A stretch of 64,000 nucleotides of DNA from Clostridia bacterium (lineage in GTDB: Bacteria > Bacillota > Clostridia > Oscillospirales > CAG-272). Shown one piece after another: positions 19,749 through 28,601 of this stretch. The notes under the pieces are model-generated. The model ran no database searches, was not told the DNA's origin, and was given only the letters and a program-made list of their open reading frames with translations. Numbering within the stretch: the first letter of the stretch is position 1; each line of letters opens with the position of its first letter. The stretch is taken from assembly GCA_017464565.1 (NCBI GenBank), contig JAFTZH010000008.1:66485-130484 (forward strand), read 5' to 3'. The position numbers were made by a program, and so were the translations under genes.

Positions 19749-20876
19749 ATGAAAAAATTTATCTGCGCCATATTGTCAGCCGTTCTGATATCTATGCCGC
19801 TCACAGCGGACGCAAACGCCGTGGGCGAGGAGCGAATTTCTCTTTCCGCAGAAAGCGCGGTTCTTATCGATGCCGATTCGACGAATATCCTCTGCTCGAA
19901 AAATCATTCGCAGAAAATGGGTATGGCAAGCACGACGAAAATTATGACGGCTCTCGTTGCGGCGGAAAATTTTGATATCGATAAAACGGTAACCGTCGCT
20001 CCCGAAGTCGTGGGAATAGAAGGCTCGTCGATATATCTGTGCGCCAACGAAAAGCTGACTATGGAAGAGCTGCTTTACGCGCTTCTTCTGCAATCGGCAA
20101 ACGACGCGGCGGCGGCAATAGCATACGCCGTGGCGGGAAGCATTGATGCCTTTGCCGATATGATGAACGGCAAAGCCGAGGAGATGGGACTGCGTAACAC
20201 TCATTTTACCAACCCTCACGGTCTTTACGACGAGGAGCATTATACCACCGCTTACGATTTAGCCGTGATAACTGCGCACGCACTGCGTAACGAAGATATA
20301 AAGCAGATAGTCTCGACCTATAAAAAAACTATTCCGTCAAGCGACGGAGAAAACACGCGCCTTCTTGTAAACCATAATAAAATGCTGAAGCTTTACGACG
20401 GCGCGATAGGCGTAAAAACGGGATTTACCAAAGCCACGGGCAGATGCCTCGTCAGTGCGGCGGCGCGAGACGGACTTACGCTCATCGCGGTAACTCTCAA
20501 CGCGCCCGACGATTGGAACGACCATACGAAAATGCTTGACTTCGGCTTCGGAAATTACGAATCTCTGCTTATAGCCGATGTCGGCTCTTTCGCCTACGCG
20601 CTGCCCGTCGTCGGAGGCGAAGAGGATTTCGTAACGCTTACAAATACCGGGGAACTGCGAATGACGGTGCCGAAGATAAGAGGAAATATAAGCTGTAAAA
20701 TCGAAGCCGTACATAGATTCGAGATAGCCCCGACCTATCGGGGGACGGACGCGGGAAGAGTTACGTATTCATACGAAGGCTTCTCGTGCTCCTCTCCCTT
20801 GATATCGGCTGAAAGCATAGGGTGCGCGAAGGATACGGAGAGCTTTTGGGATAAACTCACCTCGTTCTTCGATTGA
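19749..20876 (+). CDS. dacB: serine-type D-Ala-D-Ala carboxypeptidase (S11, PBP5 family) with signal peptide
   Basis: SxxK (ASTTKIMT), SxN (QSAND) and KTG (VKTGFT) motifs. Lies downstream of scpAB as dacB does in Bacillus. The symbol is assigned by synteny only. Confidence 0.85.
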   Translation: MKKFICAILSAVLISMPLTADANAVGEERISLSAESAVLIDADSTNILCSKNHSQKMGMASTTKIMTALVAAENFDIDKTVTVAPEVVGIEGSSIYLCANEKLTMEELLYALLLQSANDAAAAIAYAVAGSIDAFADMMNGKAEEMGLRNTHFTNPHGLYDEEHYTTAYDLAVITAHALRNEDIKQIVSTYKKTIPSSDGENTRLLVNHNKMLKLYDGAIGVKTGFTKATGRCLVSAAARDGLTLIAVTLNAPDDWNDHTKMLDFGFGNYESLLIADVGSFAYALPVVGGEEDFVTLTNTGELRMTVPKIRGNISCKIEAVHRFEIAPTYRGTDAGRVTYSYEGFSCSSPLISAESIGCAKDTESFWDKLTSFFD

Positions 20877-20893
20877 CACCCGAAAGGACTAAA

Positions 20894-21667
20894 ATGGATT
20901 CAATAAAATTACAGAAGTACTTCACCGACTGCGGAATTATGTCGCGCAGAGCGGCGGAGAAAGAAATAGAGAGCGGAAAGGTAAAGGTAAACGGCGAGCC
21001 TGCCTTTATGGGACAGAGGATAGTTCCGGGAGTAGATGCCGTTACTTATCTCGGCAAAGCCGTCAAGCCTCCGAAACTCACGAAAAAAATGTATATTATG
21101 CTCAATAAGCCGAGAGGATATCTCACTACTATGTCGGACGACCGAGGCAGACCCACCGTTGCCGATCTGGTAGCCGACGCGGGAGTCAGAGTCTACCCCG
21201 TCGGCAGACTTGATATGGACTCGGAGGGACTTCTTCTGCTTACCAACGACGGAGACCTTGCGCTGAAGCTCACTCATCCGAGACACAGTATACCGAAAAT
21301 ATACCACGTCAGAGTATCGGGCACCGTCCCGAAGGACACCCTCAAAGCCCTCAACTCTCCTATGGAGATAGACGGATATAATCTTCTTCCCGTAAAAACC
21401 GAGCTTATATCTATAAAAAACGGCTATTCGGTTTTGCGTATGACGCTTTTCGAGGGAAGAAACAGACAAATACGAAAAATGTGCGAGAAGGTCGGCTTGG
21501 AGATACTGCGCCTCTGCCGCATAGCGATAGGAGACCTGACGCTCGGAGAGCTTGCCCCGGGCAAATGGAGATATCTCACGAGGGCGCAAACCGAATATCT
21601 GATACGCTCGGCGGCTAAAAGCCCGAAAGATAAAACTACGGAAACGAAAGGTACGAAAAATGCTTAA
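20894..21667 (+). CDS. rluB: 23S rRNA pseudouridine synthase RluB-type (S4 domain plus RsuA-family catalytic core)
   Basis: S4 domain (KLQKYFTDCGIMSRR) and GRLDMDSEGLLLLTNDG. Start taken at the ATG 20894 (MDSIKLQ) rather than the upstream TTG. Confidence 0.88.
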   Translation: MDSIKLQKYFTDCGIMSRRAAEKEIESGKVKVNGEPAFMGQRIVPGVDAVTYLGKAVKPPKLTKKMYIMLNKPRGYLTTMSDDRGRPTVADLVADAGVRVYPVGRLDMDSEGLLLLTNDGDLALKLTHPRHSIPKIYHVRVSGTVPKDTLKALNSPMEIDGYNLLPVKTELISIKNGYSVLRMTLFEGRNRQIRKMCEKVGLEILRLCRIAIGDLTLGELAPGKWRYLTRAQTEYLIRSAAKSPKDKTTETKGTKNA

Positions 21668-22055
21668 AGTATTACCCGTTCAATCAAAGCTCAAGCAGGA
21701 AGAAATATGCCTTAAATGCGGCGTAAAATATAATCCCGACGCCCTTGCCTATTCGGCAACGGTAGACGATCGTATCGCGGGCATCTGCCAATTCAAAATA
21801 ACGGCAGAGGGCGGTATTATTTACGATTTGGCTCCCGCCGACGACTTTGACGACTTTGAATCAATGTTTATTATGGGGCGCGGAACGCTCAATTTTATAG
21901 ATTTGTGCGGAGTCCATAAGGCGTATTTCGTCGGAGAGACGAAGGACGAGACGCTTATCCGCGCGGTCGGCTTTAAGAAAAACGAGGAAGGAAAATTCGA
22001 GATAAACCTCGAGGGCTTCTTCACCGACCATTGCCATAATCATAAAGAAAAATAA
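21660..22055 (+). CDS. hypothetical protein (131 aa), overlaps the rluB stop by 8 nt
   Basis: Codon usage looks like the flanking genes by eye, and the start is translationally coupled to rluB. No family recognised with confidence. Confidence 0.55.
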   Translation: MLKVLPVQSKLKQEEICLKCGVKYNPDALAYSATVDDRIAGICQFKITAEGGIIYDLAPADDFDDFESMFIMGRGTLNFIDLCGVHKAYFVGETKDETLIRAVGFKKNEEGKFEINLEGFFTDHCHNHKEK

Positions 22056-22058
22056 AGT

Positions 22059-22089
22059 ACCGCAGACGAGAAATTTTCTCGTCTGCGGT
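22059..22089. terminator. bidirectional terminator hairpin between the hypothetical gene and hsdS (ACCGCAGACGAG...CTCGTCTGCGGT)
   Basis: 12-bp or longer perfect stem with A-rich sequence 5' and a GTTTTATT run 3'. Confidence 0.75.
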
Positions 22090-22092
22090 GTT

Positions 22093-23454
22093 TTATTGCA
22101 GTAATTCCCTTTCAAATTGTTCTTTTGCCGATTGCCATTCGGTTTCCGCAGTATCACGCATTTCTTTTGCTTGCTTCAATGCTCTCATAACATTGTCCGC
22201 CAATTCCTTTTGAATTTCAACGGGCGGTAATACGATAGGAAACTTTTTTAAAAAGGTATCTGGAACGCGTTGCTGTCCTGCCGAGCCGCTGAACATTCCT
22301 TGCGCCGCTTCTAATATGTGCGCGTCGGACAGGATAACCCATAAATACGGCATATAGATACGCTCGGATTTCTTTCTTAAAACGTGGAACTCCGTTGAAC
22401 CGAAACCGATTTCCGTCGGCATATCGGCGGCAATAAACGATTTTCCGTTTTGCATACAAGGCGTAATTTTTGCCCAAAGCAAATCGTTCTTTTGAAAAAT
22501 CGTAAAGCCTGTTTTCACTTCCTTGTACGGCTTGATTTCATAAGAAACACCGTTCGTTTTTTCTTCCACCGCAGGCATAGGCACGAAAGCGACGGGTGTA
22601 TTGTCCTGTAATTCCGCACGGTTTGTCGTAGGATTGATTTCCACAAAGTCCTCTAAATTGCCCGCATAATATTCATTTTCGCGCAAATGCAAAAATACCG
22701 TATTCAAATAATCGCTATGCGGATTGCAATATATTCCCATTTCGCGTAATTTCCCGCGATTACTAACACTATACAAAGCGGGCGCATATTCCACCAAAGA
22801 AAGCCCAAACGTTTCAAAAAACTTTATTTTGGCGTGATTAAATATCTCGTCTGTTTGCTTTATCCTTTTTTGACGAGATAAAAAAGCTTTATCCATAAAA
22901 TCAACAAGCTTTTTCTGATCTTCTAAACAAGGAAGCAAAATTTCAAAGGATTTATATTCTTCTTTATTGATATTCGGTTGAACAGCAGGCCGTTGTATAC
23001 CGTCTACCCATCGCAAAAATGAATTGGTTTTCGTATACCAATAAACATATTTGGGAATTACTTTATTCTCATCAAACCGAAACCGAATACAATATCCCGC
23101 AAAAACAGCTTGTCCTATGCTTCCATCATAAAAATACGTTTTTCCAACTGAGCCGCTACGTGCAAACAAAAGATCATTGAATTTAAGGAAATGCTTATTG
23201 GAAAAGGTTTCCGCAGTTTTAAATACATGCTTTTCTTCAATTCCAAAATCGTTAAAATCAGTAATGCGAATATATTTCGGTTGTTCCTCGCTCGTTCTAA
23301 CTATGGCAGTCGCAGAGGTACCGTAGCAAGGCTCCTCTATTGTCAATTGTCCTAATGAAACCCTTTGAATTCCATTATCCGTATGAGTTTGAGAATATAA
23401 AATATTTCTAATGTCCAATCGTCCCGTTATATTCCCCCGATTAACAGCGAACAC
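22093..23454 (-). CDS. hsdS: restriction-modification specificity subunit (HsdS-type, two target-recognition domains)
   Basis: 453 aa with two Methylase_S-like halves: ...LFARSGSVGKTYF...QPNINKEEY... and ...LLWAKITPCMQNGKS...GSAGQQRVP... Central and C-terminal helical spacers are present. GTG start 23 nt after the methylase stop. Visibly more AT-rich than its neighbours. Confidence 0.88.
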   Translation of the reverse strand: MFAVNRGNITGRLDIRNILYSQTHTDNGIQRVSLGQLTIEEPCYGTSATAIVRTSEEQPKYIRITDFNDFGIEEKHVFKTAETFSNKHFLKFNDLLFARSGSVGKTYFYDGSIGQAVFAGYCIRFRFDENKVIPKYVYWYTKTNSFLRWVDGIQRPAVQPNINKEEYKSFEILLPCLEDQKKLVDFMDKAFLSRQKRIKQTDEIFNHAKIKFFETFGLSLVEYAPALYSVSNRGKLREMGIYCNPHSDYLNTVFLHLRENEYYAGNLEDFVEINPTTNRAELQDNTPVAFVPMPAVEEKTNGVSYEIKPYKEVKTGFTIFQKNDLLWAKITPCMQNGKSFIAADMPTEIGFGSTEFHVLRKKSERIYMPYLWVILSDAHILEAAQGMFSGSAGQQRVPDTFLKKFPIVLPPVEIQKELADNVMRALKQAKEMRDTAETEWQSAKEQFERELLQ

Positions 23455-23477
23455 ACAAAGCTCGTTCGCTTCGGGGG

Positions 23478-25286
23478 TTACGCGAAAAAAGGGGCGTTAT
23501 CCTTTTGGAACTCTTCCCATTTTTTCACTATCTCGTCAAGCTGGGAACTCGTTTTTCTACCCGTCGCGTCATAGCCTATGTATTCGGGCGCAGCCATAAA
23601 AATCGGCTCGTTATCGTCAGGCTTTTCGTTTACTTTTCTCTTTCTTACGAAAATCACCGAAGCCTTTACGCCCGCGCCGAAATGAGCAAACGCGCACTGC
23701 GGCAGACTGACGACGGCAAGAAGCTGAAATTTATCGAGGATAAAATCCCGCACGTACTGCATAGAAGCGTTCGTCAAAATACCGTCGGGCAAAACGATTG
23801 CCGCCTTTCCCGTTCCCGCCTTCAAAAACTGATAAATTCTTTCTATAAACAGCACCTCGGAGCTTTGATTTTTACGAGCCTTCTTATTGCCTTTTTTATC
23901 GTACGAGTTGCCAAGCTCGAAGGTCTCCAAATAGGGCTTCTCGGATTTGTTTATCGTCGAGCCGAACGGAGGATTCGTTAAAATAAGGTCGAATTTTCCC
24001 GCCTTAAAGCCTTGATTTTTAGCGTGCATTTTTTCGATACTGTCAAGCGCGTCGTGGCTTATTACGTTGGTATGTCCGTCGTCGTGGACAATCATATTCA
24101 TTTTTGCCACGCGGGCAATCTCGTCGTTAATCTCTATTCCGTACAAATGCTTTGCGGCAAAATCGTGCCAGTAATTGAAATAATCAACCGTTCCTTTTTC
24201 GTAATATTCGCCCGCTCTACCACGCATATAATCGAGCGCGTGCAGAAGAAATCCTCCCGAGCCGCAGGACGGGTCGAGAACGTCGTGCTCCTGTTCGGGC
24301 TTCATCATTTTTACACAAAACTCGATAATCGGACGTGGCGTAAAATACTGCCCGAAGTCGCCCTTGAAAAAGCCGTCCATAAATTGCTCGAACGCAACTC
24401 CCTTTACGTCAAGGTCGGTTTTGTTGAGATTTATAGCCTCCAAATGCGAAACCACGGTGCGCAAAACTCTGTCGTCAACCTTGATTGACTCGGTGAACAC
24501 CTCGGGATCTTTTTCCTTTTGCTCGTCGTAAAGCGCGTTGATACGCTCGGCAAGACGTGAGGAAGGCTCGTGCGTTTTAATTTGAAACTCGTAAGGCTCT
24601 CCGTTTTTACGGTGCTTTTGCTCGTCGCTGATTTTTACGAAAATGAGCTTGCACAGCTCTCCGAACGCAGTCGGGGGAGAAAGCCGTCCTCCGCCCCACA
24701 GAGTTTGGTGACATTTTTTGATTGCCGCTATCAATTCCTCCCGTGCGACGGGCTTTATGTCGTTTTCGGCTCCTTTGTAAAAACGAAATTCCTGAGGTTT
24801 TCCGTATGCTTTCGGCAGGTCTGCGATAATGTTTTCTTCACGCTCATAAACGCCGAATTTGTCGCTCATGTCAAGCACGCGACGGGTTGCGCCCGCAATA
24901 ATCACAACGTAATCGGCGCGGAGCTTTACCCACGTAGCGTTTCCAACGCCCTGCTCGATTGCCTGCGCAAATTCCGCGTCCGTTACGCCGTCCTTTTTAC
25001 ATTCCACAATGGCATACGGGCGTTTACATTCGTCGTCCGAAAATACGACTATATCCGCGCGGTCGGTAGGCACTCGGTCGGGAACGGAAACCTCAAGCTT
25101 GATACGGCTTGCGGGATATTCGTACGCGTAAATCAATTCCGCCCAGAACTCTGCGCGTACCTGTTCTTCGGGGTCGTCGTAGCGTTCGGTGTGGTTATCC
25201 GAAGATACGTACGTGATTTTTCTTTTTCCCTCTTCACCTACTATATACGCATATCCGTCCTTGATTGCTTTTTCCAAAAATGTCAT
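23478..25286 (-). CDS. fusion of an N-terminal HsdR_N/PD-(D/E)xK nuclease-like domain to a gamma-class N6-adenine DNA methyltransferase (HsdM-like)
   Basis: N-terminus: ...RADIVVF(D78)...YAIVECK(E95,K97), a D-x16-ExK arrangement. Methyltransferase motif I is VLDPSCGSGGFLL and motif IV is LTNPPFG. 602 aa. SD is ACGGAGATATAAACG. Confidence 0.85.
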   Translation of the reverse strand: MTFLEKAIKDGYAYIVGEEGKRKITYVSSDNHTERYDDPEEQVRAEFWAELIYAYEYPASRIKLEVSVPDRVPTDRADIVVFSDDECKRPYAIVECKKDGVTDAEFAQAIEQGVGNATWVKLRADYVVIIAGATRRVLDMSDKFGVYEREENIIADLPKAYGKPQEFRFYKGAENDIKPVAREELIAAIKKCHQTLWGGGRLSPPTAFGELCKLIFVKISDEQKHRKNGEPYEFQIKTHEPSSRLAERINALYDEQKEKDPEVFTESIKVDDRVLRTVVSHLEAINLNKTDLDVKGVAFEQFMDGFFKGDFGQYFTPRPIIEFCVKMMKPEQEHDVLDPSCGSGGFLLHALDYMRGRAGEYYEKGTVDYFNYWHDFAAKHLYGIEINDEIARVAKMNMIVHDDGHTNVISHDALDSIEKMHAKNQGFKAGKFDLILTNPPFGSTINKSEKPYLETFELGNSYDKKGNKKARKNQSSEVLFIERIYQFLKAGTGKAAIVLPDGILTNASMQYVRDFILDKFQLLAVVSLPQCAFAHFGAGVKASVIFVRKRKVNEKPDDNEPIFMAAPEYIGYDATGRKTSSQLDEIVKKWEEFQKDNAPFFA

Positions 25287-25310
25287 CGTTTATATCTCCG
25301 TTTCTTTATT

Positions 25311-27722
25311 TTACCCTTCATATTTTTTCAGCTTCGCGTAGGTCGCCATAAGCTTTTTGGTTCCCACCTTGTCAAAGGCTATCTCGTAAAGCGTATCGGC
25401 ACCCATAGGCTTGACGGTAAGTATCTCTCCCCGTCCGAAAGTCATATGGGCAACTATATCGCCCTCCTTGAAGATACGCTTTCCGGCTTCTTGCGCGGGC
25501 TTCGCAAAGAGCGGCTTGTTGACGGTAACCTTCTCCTCCGAAAAGCCCGCCCCGAAGCGCGGTGATGCCGAAAAATAGGTTTTCGGCGCGTACTCGGCAG
25601 ACGTACTCACGCTCCGCCTCTCCTCAACCGTATCAATAAGCTCCTCGGGTATCTCCTTTACAAACCTCGATATCGGGTTGTACGTAGTTCTTCCATACAG
25701 CATACGGCGCTGTGTATGTACTATATATATCACGTCCTTGGCGCGCGTTACGGCAACGTAAGCAAGTCTTCTCTCCTCCTCCATTTCGGCGTCGGAGGCG
25801 AGAATATTCTGCATTCCGGGGAAAATACCGTCCTCCATTCCGGGCAAAAAGACTATCGGAAATTCAAGTCCTTTAGCCGAATGAATGGTCATCATAACAA
25901 CCGCGTCGGCAGTATCGTCGTACTTGTCCACCTCGGACACCAGCGCGTTCTCCTCGAGAAATCCTCCGAGAGTACCTCCCTCCTCGCGGGAAGAATAGTC
26001 TATTACTCCCGAAATAAATTCCTCGATATTGTCAAGCCTGTCTTTCTCCTCGTCCCCGCCGTCTATAAGCATCTGCCTATATCCCGAACGGTCGATAACC
26101 TGTCTTACGAAGGCTTCAAGCGTAATATCGGTATCGAGCAGACCCGAAAAATAATCTATCAGCTCCGCAAAGCCGAGAAGCGTTCCCGCCGAGCGCTTTA
26201 GCGCCGTGTATTTGTCTGCCTGACTTATTATCTCGTACATAGAACAGCTCTGCTCCGCGGCTATCTGCTCCACCGCGTCAAGCGTCTGCTTTCCTATTTT
26301 TCTTTTCGGCTCGTTTATGATACGCTTCAGCCTCTCGTTGTCCTTATGATTGTTTATAAGCTGAAGGTACGCCAGCACGTCCTTTATTTCCTTGCGGTCG
26401 TTAAATCGCTGTCCGCAAAGCACTCTGTACGGTATTCCGCTTTTCGCAAACGCCCGCTCGATAGCCTGCGACTGCGCGTTCGTGCGGTAGAGAATCGCAA
26501 AATCCTTAAAGCCCCTGCTTCCGCTCGCTACAGCCTTGTTTATTTCGTCAATAATGTATCTAGCTTCGGCGTTCTGATCCTCACAGCACCTAAGCTTTAT
26601 CTTCTCGCCGTCCGTTCTGTCGGTAAATAGCGTCTTGCCCTTTCTTGAGGTATTGTGCGATATTATCATATTAGCGGCGTCGAGAATCTGTTTCGTGGAG
26701 CGGTAATTCTGCTCAAGGCGTATGACTTTAGCGTTTTTATAGGTCCTGTCAAATTCAAGGATATTGGTAATATCCGCGCCCCTGAATTTATATATACTCT
26801 GGTCGTCGTCTCCCACGACCATAATATTCTCGTACCCCGACGCCAATATCCTCGTAAGCTCGAATTGAGCGAGGTTGGTATCTTGATACTCGTCCACGCA
26901 GACGTATCTAAACTTGTTTCTGTAATAATCCCTCGCGTCCTCGTTGTCGCGCAGAAGAAAAATCGTCTGCATAATTATGTCGTCGTAATCGAGAGCGTTA
27001 CAGCTCTTAAGTCTTTCCTGATAGCGTTTATATATCTGCGCCACCTTACGCATACGGTAATCCCCCGCATACTCGGTCTCAAAGGTATCACAGGTTATAA
27101 GCCTTTCATTTGCCTTGCTGATACTCGATATAACCGATTTTACGGGCATTACCTTGTCGTCGATATTAAGACTCTTCATAATATCGGATATCGCCTTTTT
27201 CGTGTCCTCGGTGTCGTAAACGGTAAAGCCCGCCTCGTAACCCACTCTGTCCCCGTATTTGCGGAGTATCCTCATACACACCGAGTGAAAGGTTCCCGCC
27301 CATATTGACGATGAAATGCTTTCGTCGTCAAACGCGGAGGCAAGACGGCTCTTTATCTCTCCCGCCGCCTTGTTGGTAAACGTTATGGCAAGCATCTGCC
27401 ACGGGGCGCAGGGCTCGTTTATAAACTCGGGGAGTATCTGCTCTATCTCCCCGCGGGACAGCTTTGACGCCTCCTCAAGCTTTACTACCGAGTCCTCGTC
27501 AAGACCGTGCGGAAGCTTCTCCGAAAAATACGCGTCTCCGTATTTTATTATAAACGCTATTCTTTTTACGAGAACGGTGGTTTTTCCGCTTCCCGCTCCC
27601 GCCAGCACGAGAAGCGGACCCTTTACCGTAAATACCGATTCTCTCTGCATATCGTTAAGTCCCGCGTAAGCTATATCGAACAGCCTTCTTTTCGCCGCGA
27701 GATATCTCTCTTTAAGCTCCAT
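25311..27722 (-). CDS. pcrA: ATP-dependent DNA helicase PcrA (UvrD family)
   Basis: Motif I AGAGSGKTT, DEYQDT, a C-terminal Tudor-like domain (GDIVAHMTFGRGEIL). ATG 27722 is preferred (AGGAGATAT upstream). The alternative ATG 27734 would add 4 aa. Confidence 0.94.
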   Translation of the reverse strand: MELKERYLAAKRRLFDIAYAGLNDMQRESVFTVKGPLLVLAGAGSGKTTVLVKRIAFIIKYGDAYFSEKLPHGLDEDSVVKLEEASKLSRGEIEQILPEFINEPCAPWQMLAITFTNKAAGEIKSRLASAFDDESISSSIWAGTFHSVCMRILRKYGDRVGYEAGFTVYDTEDTKKAISDIMKSLNIDDKVMPVKSVISSISKANERLITCDTFETEYAGDYRMRKVAQIYKRYQERLKSCNALDYDDIIMQTIFLLRDNEDARDYYRNKFRYVCVDEYQDTNLAQFELTRILASGYENIMVVGDDDQSIYKFRGADITNILEFDRTYKNAKVIRLEQNYRSTKQILDAANMIISHNTSRKGKTLFTDRTDGEKIKLRCCEDQNAEARYIIDEINKAVASGSRGFKDFAILYRTNAQSQAIERAFAKSGIPYRVLCGQRFNDRKEIKDVLAYLQLINNHKDNERLKRIINEPKRKIGKQTLDAVEQIAAEQSCSMYEIISQADKYTALKRSAGTLLGFAELIDYFSGLLDTDITLEAFVRQVIDRSGYRQMLIDGGDEEKDRLDNIEEFISGVIDYSSREEGGTLGGFLEENALVSEVDKYDDTADAVVMMTIHSAKGLEFPIVFLPGMEDGIFPGMQNILASDAEMEEERRLAYVAVTRAKDVIYIVHTQRRMLYGRTTYNPISRFVKEIPEELIDTVEERRSVSTSAEYAPKTYFSASPRFGAGFSEEKVTVNKPLFAKPAQEAGKRIFKEGDIVAHMTFGRGEILTVKPMGADTLYEIAFDKVGTKKLMATYAKLKKYEG

Positions 27723-27916
27723 ATATCTCCTCATTCCGCCAGCGCCGATGGTTTACCCGTCCGCGCGGACTAAAAACAAACGTCAATAATTTATTGTACC
27801 ATATCGCCGCCGAAAATTCAAGCGGACGAGAAAAAAAGCCTCGCTGTAAACGCAAAAATTCAGCCGCGCAGGCTACCGACAGCGCGCCGAACGGAAAACT
27901 TTCCGTTCGGCATAAC

Positions 27917-28597
27917 TTATTCATCGCCTATCAGCTCGCTGACCGTAACGAACTCATAGCCCTGCTCGATAAGAGCGGGGATCATTTTTTCAAGCGCATC
28001 ACAGGTGGGACTTCCGCCCGAAATATAGTCGTGCATCAATATTATATCCCCTCCACGCACATCAGACAGCACGTTATCCGCAATCTTATCTGAGGGCGTG
28101 TGCGCCCAATCCTTCGTATCTATATTCCATAGAATAATATCATACCCCTTCGACAGCGTTACCCTCTCAAGCGGAACTCCGCACGAGCCCTCGGGAGGAC
28201 GGATAAGAGAAAGCTCTCTGTCAGAAAGGCCGGAAAGCGCCCTCTCGGTTTTCACTATCTCGTCTACAAGCTCTTCATCGCTCATTTTCGCCATATTCTT
28301 GTGCGTATAGGTATGATTTCCTATCTCACATTCAGACTCGAGCAGAGCCTCCGCGGCTTCGGGATAATTCTCCACGTTCTTACCGATTACGAAGAACGTC
28401 GCCTTTACTCCGTATCTCTCAAGTATCTCCAATATTCTCGGAGTATATATCGGGTGCGGACCGTCGTCAAACGTCAGCGCTATCTTTTTTCCCGCACCCG
28501 TGTTTTTGCAGAATACGTTTCCCGCGAACGCGCCCGTCCGCAATACCAAAGCGAGAGATATCGCCAGAACGACCGCCAATGACAAAAATTTCTTCAT
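27917..28597 (-). CDS. polysaccharide deacetylase (NodB homology domain), secreted
   Basis: Signal peptide, TFDDGP motif and HxxxH (NHTYTH). Confidence 0.88.
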   Translation of the reverse strand: MKKFLSLAVVLAISLALVLRTGAFAGNVFCKNTGAGKKIALTFDDGPHPIYTPRILEILERYGVKATFFVIGKNVENYPEAAEALLESECEIGNHTYTHKNMAKMSDEELVDEIVKTERALSGLSDRELSLIRPPEGSCGVPLERVTLSKGYDIILWNIDTKDWAHTPSDKIADNVLSDVRGGDIILMHDYISGGSPTCDALEKMIPALIEQGYEFVTVSELIGDE

Positions 28598-28601
28598 AGC
28601 G

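Noticed and set aside
22056-22095. Target-site duplication or att-like direct repeats flanking the RM cassette, comparing 22056..22095 with 25287..25310.
   Set aside because: Only trivial T-rich strings (TTTATT) are shared. This is not distinguishable from chance in AT-rich spacer, and no integrase is present.
22093-23454. Phase-variable hsdS shufflon.
   Set aside because: There are no additional partial hsdS copies, no inverted repeats inside the gene that I could see, and no nearby tyrosine or serine recombinase.
25311-27734. PcrA acting as the missing motor/HsdR-like component of the adjacent RM module.
   Set aside because: The protein has the full canonical PcrA/UvrD motif set plus the C-terminal Tudor-like domain. 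It has no nuclease domain, and its codon usage matches the backbone rather than the cassette. The adjacency is more simply explained by insertion of the cassette next to a housekeeping gene.
27886-27911. Hairpin GCCGAACGGAAA..TTTCCGTTCGGC just after the deacetylase stop, considered as a canonical terminator.
   Set aside because: The stem is good, but there is no U-tract on the relevant (minus) strand. I left it unannotated because it could be a stabiliser or a weak terminator.
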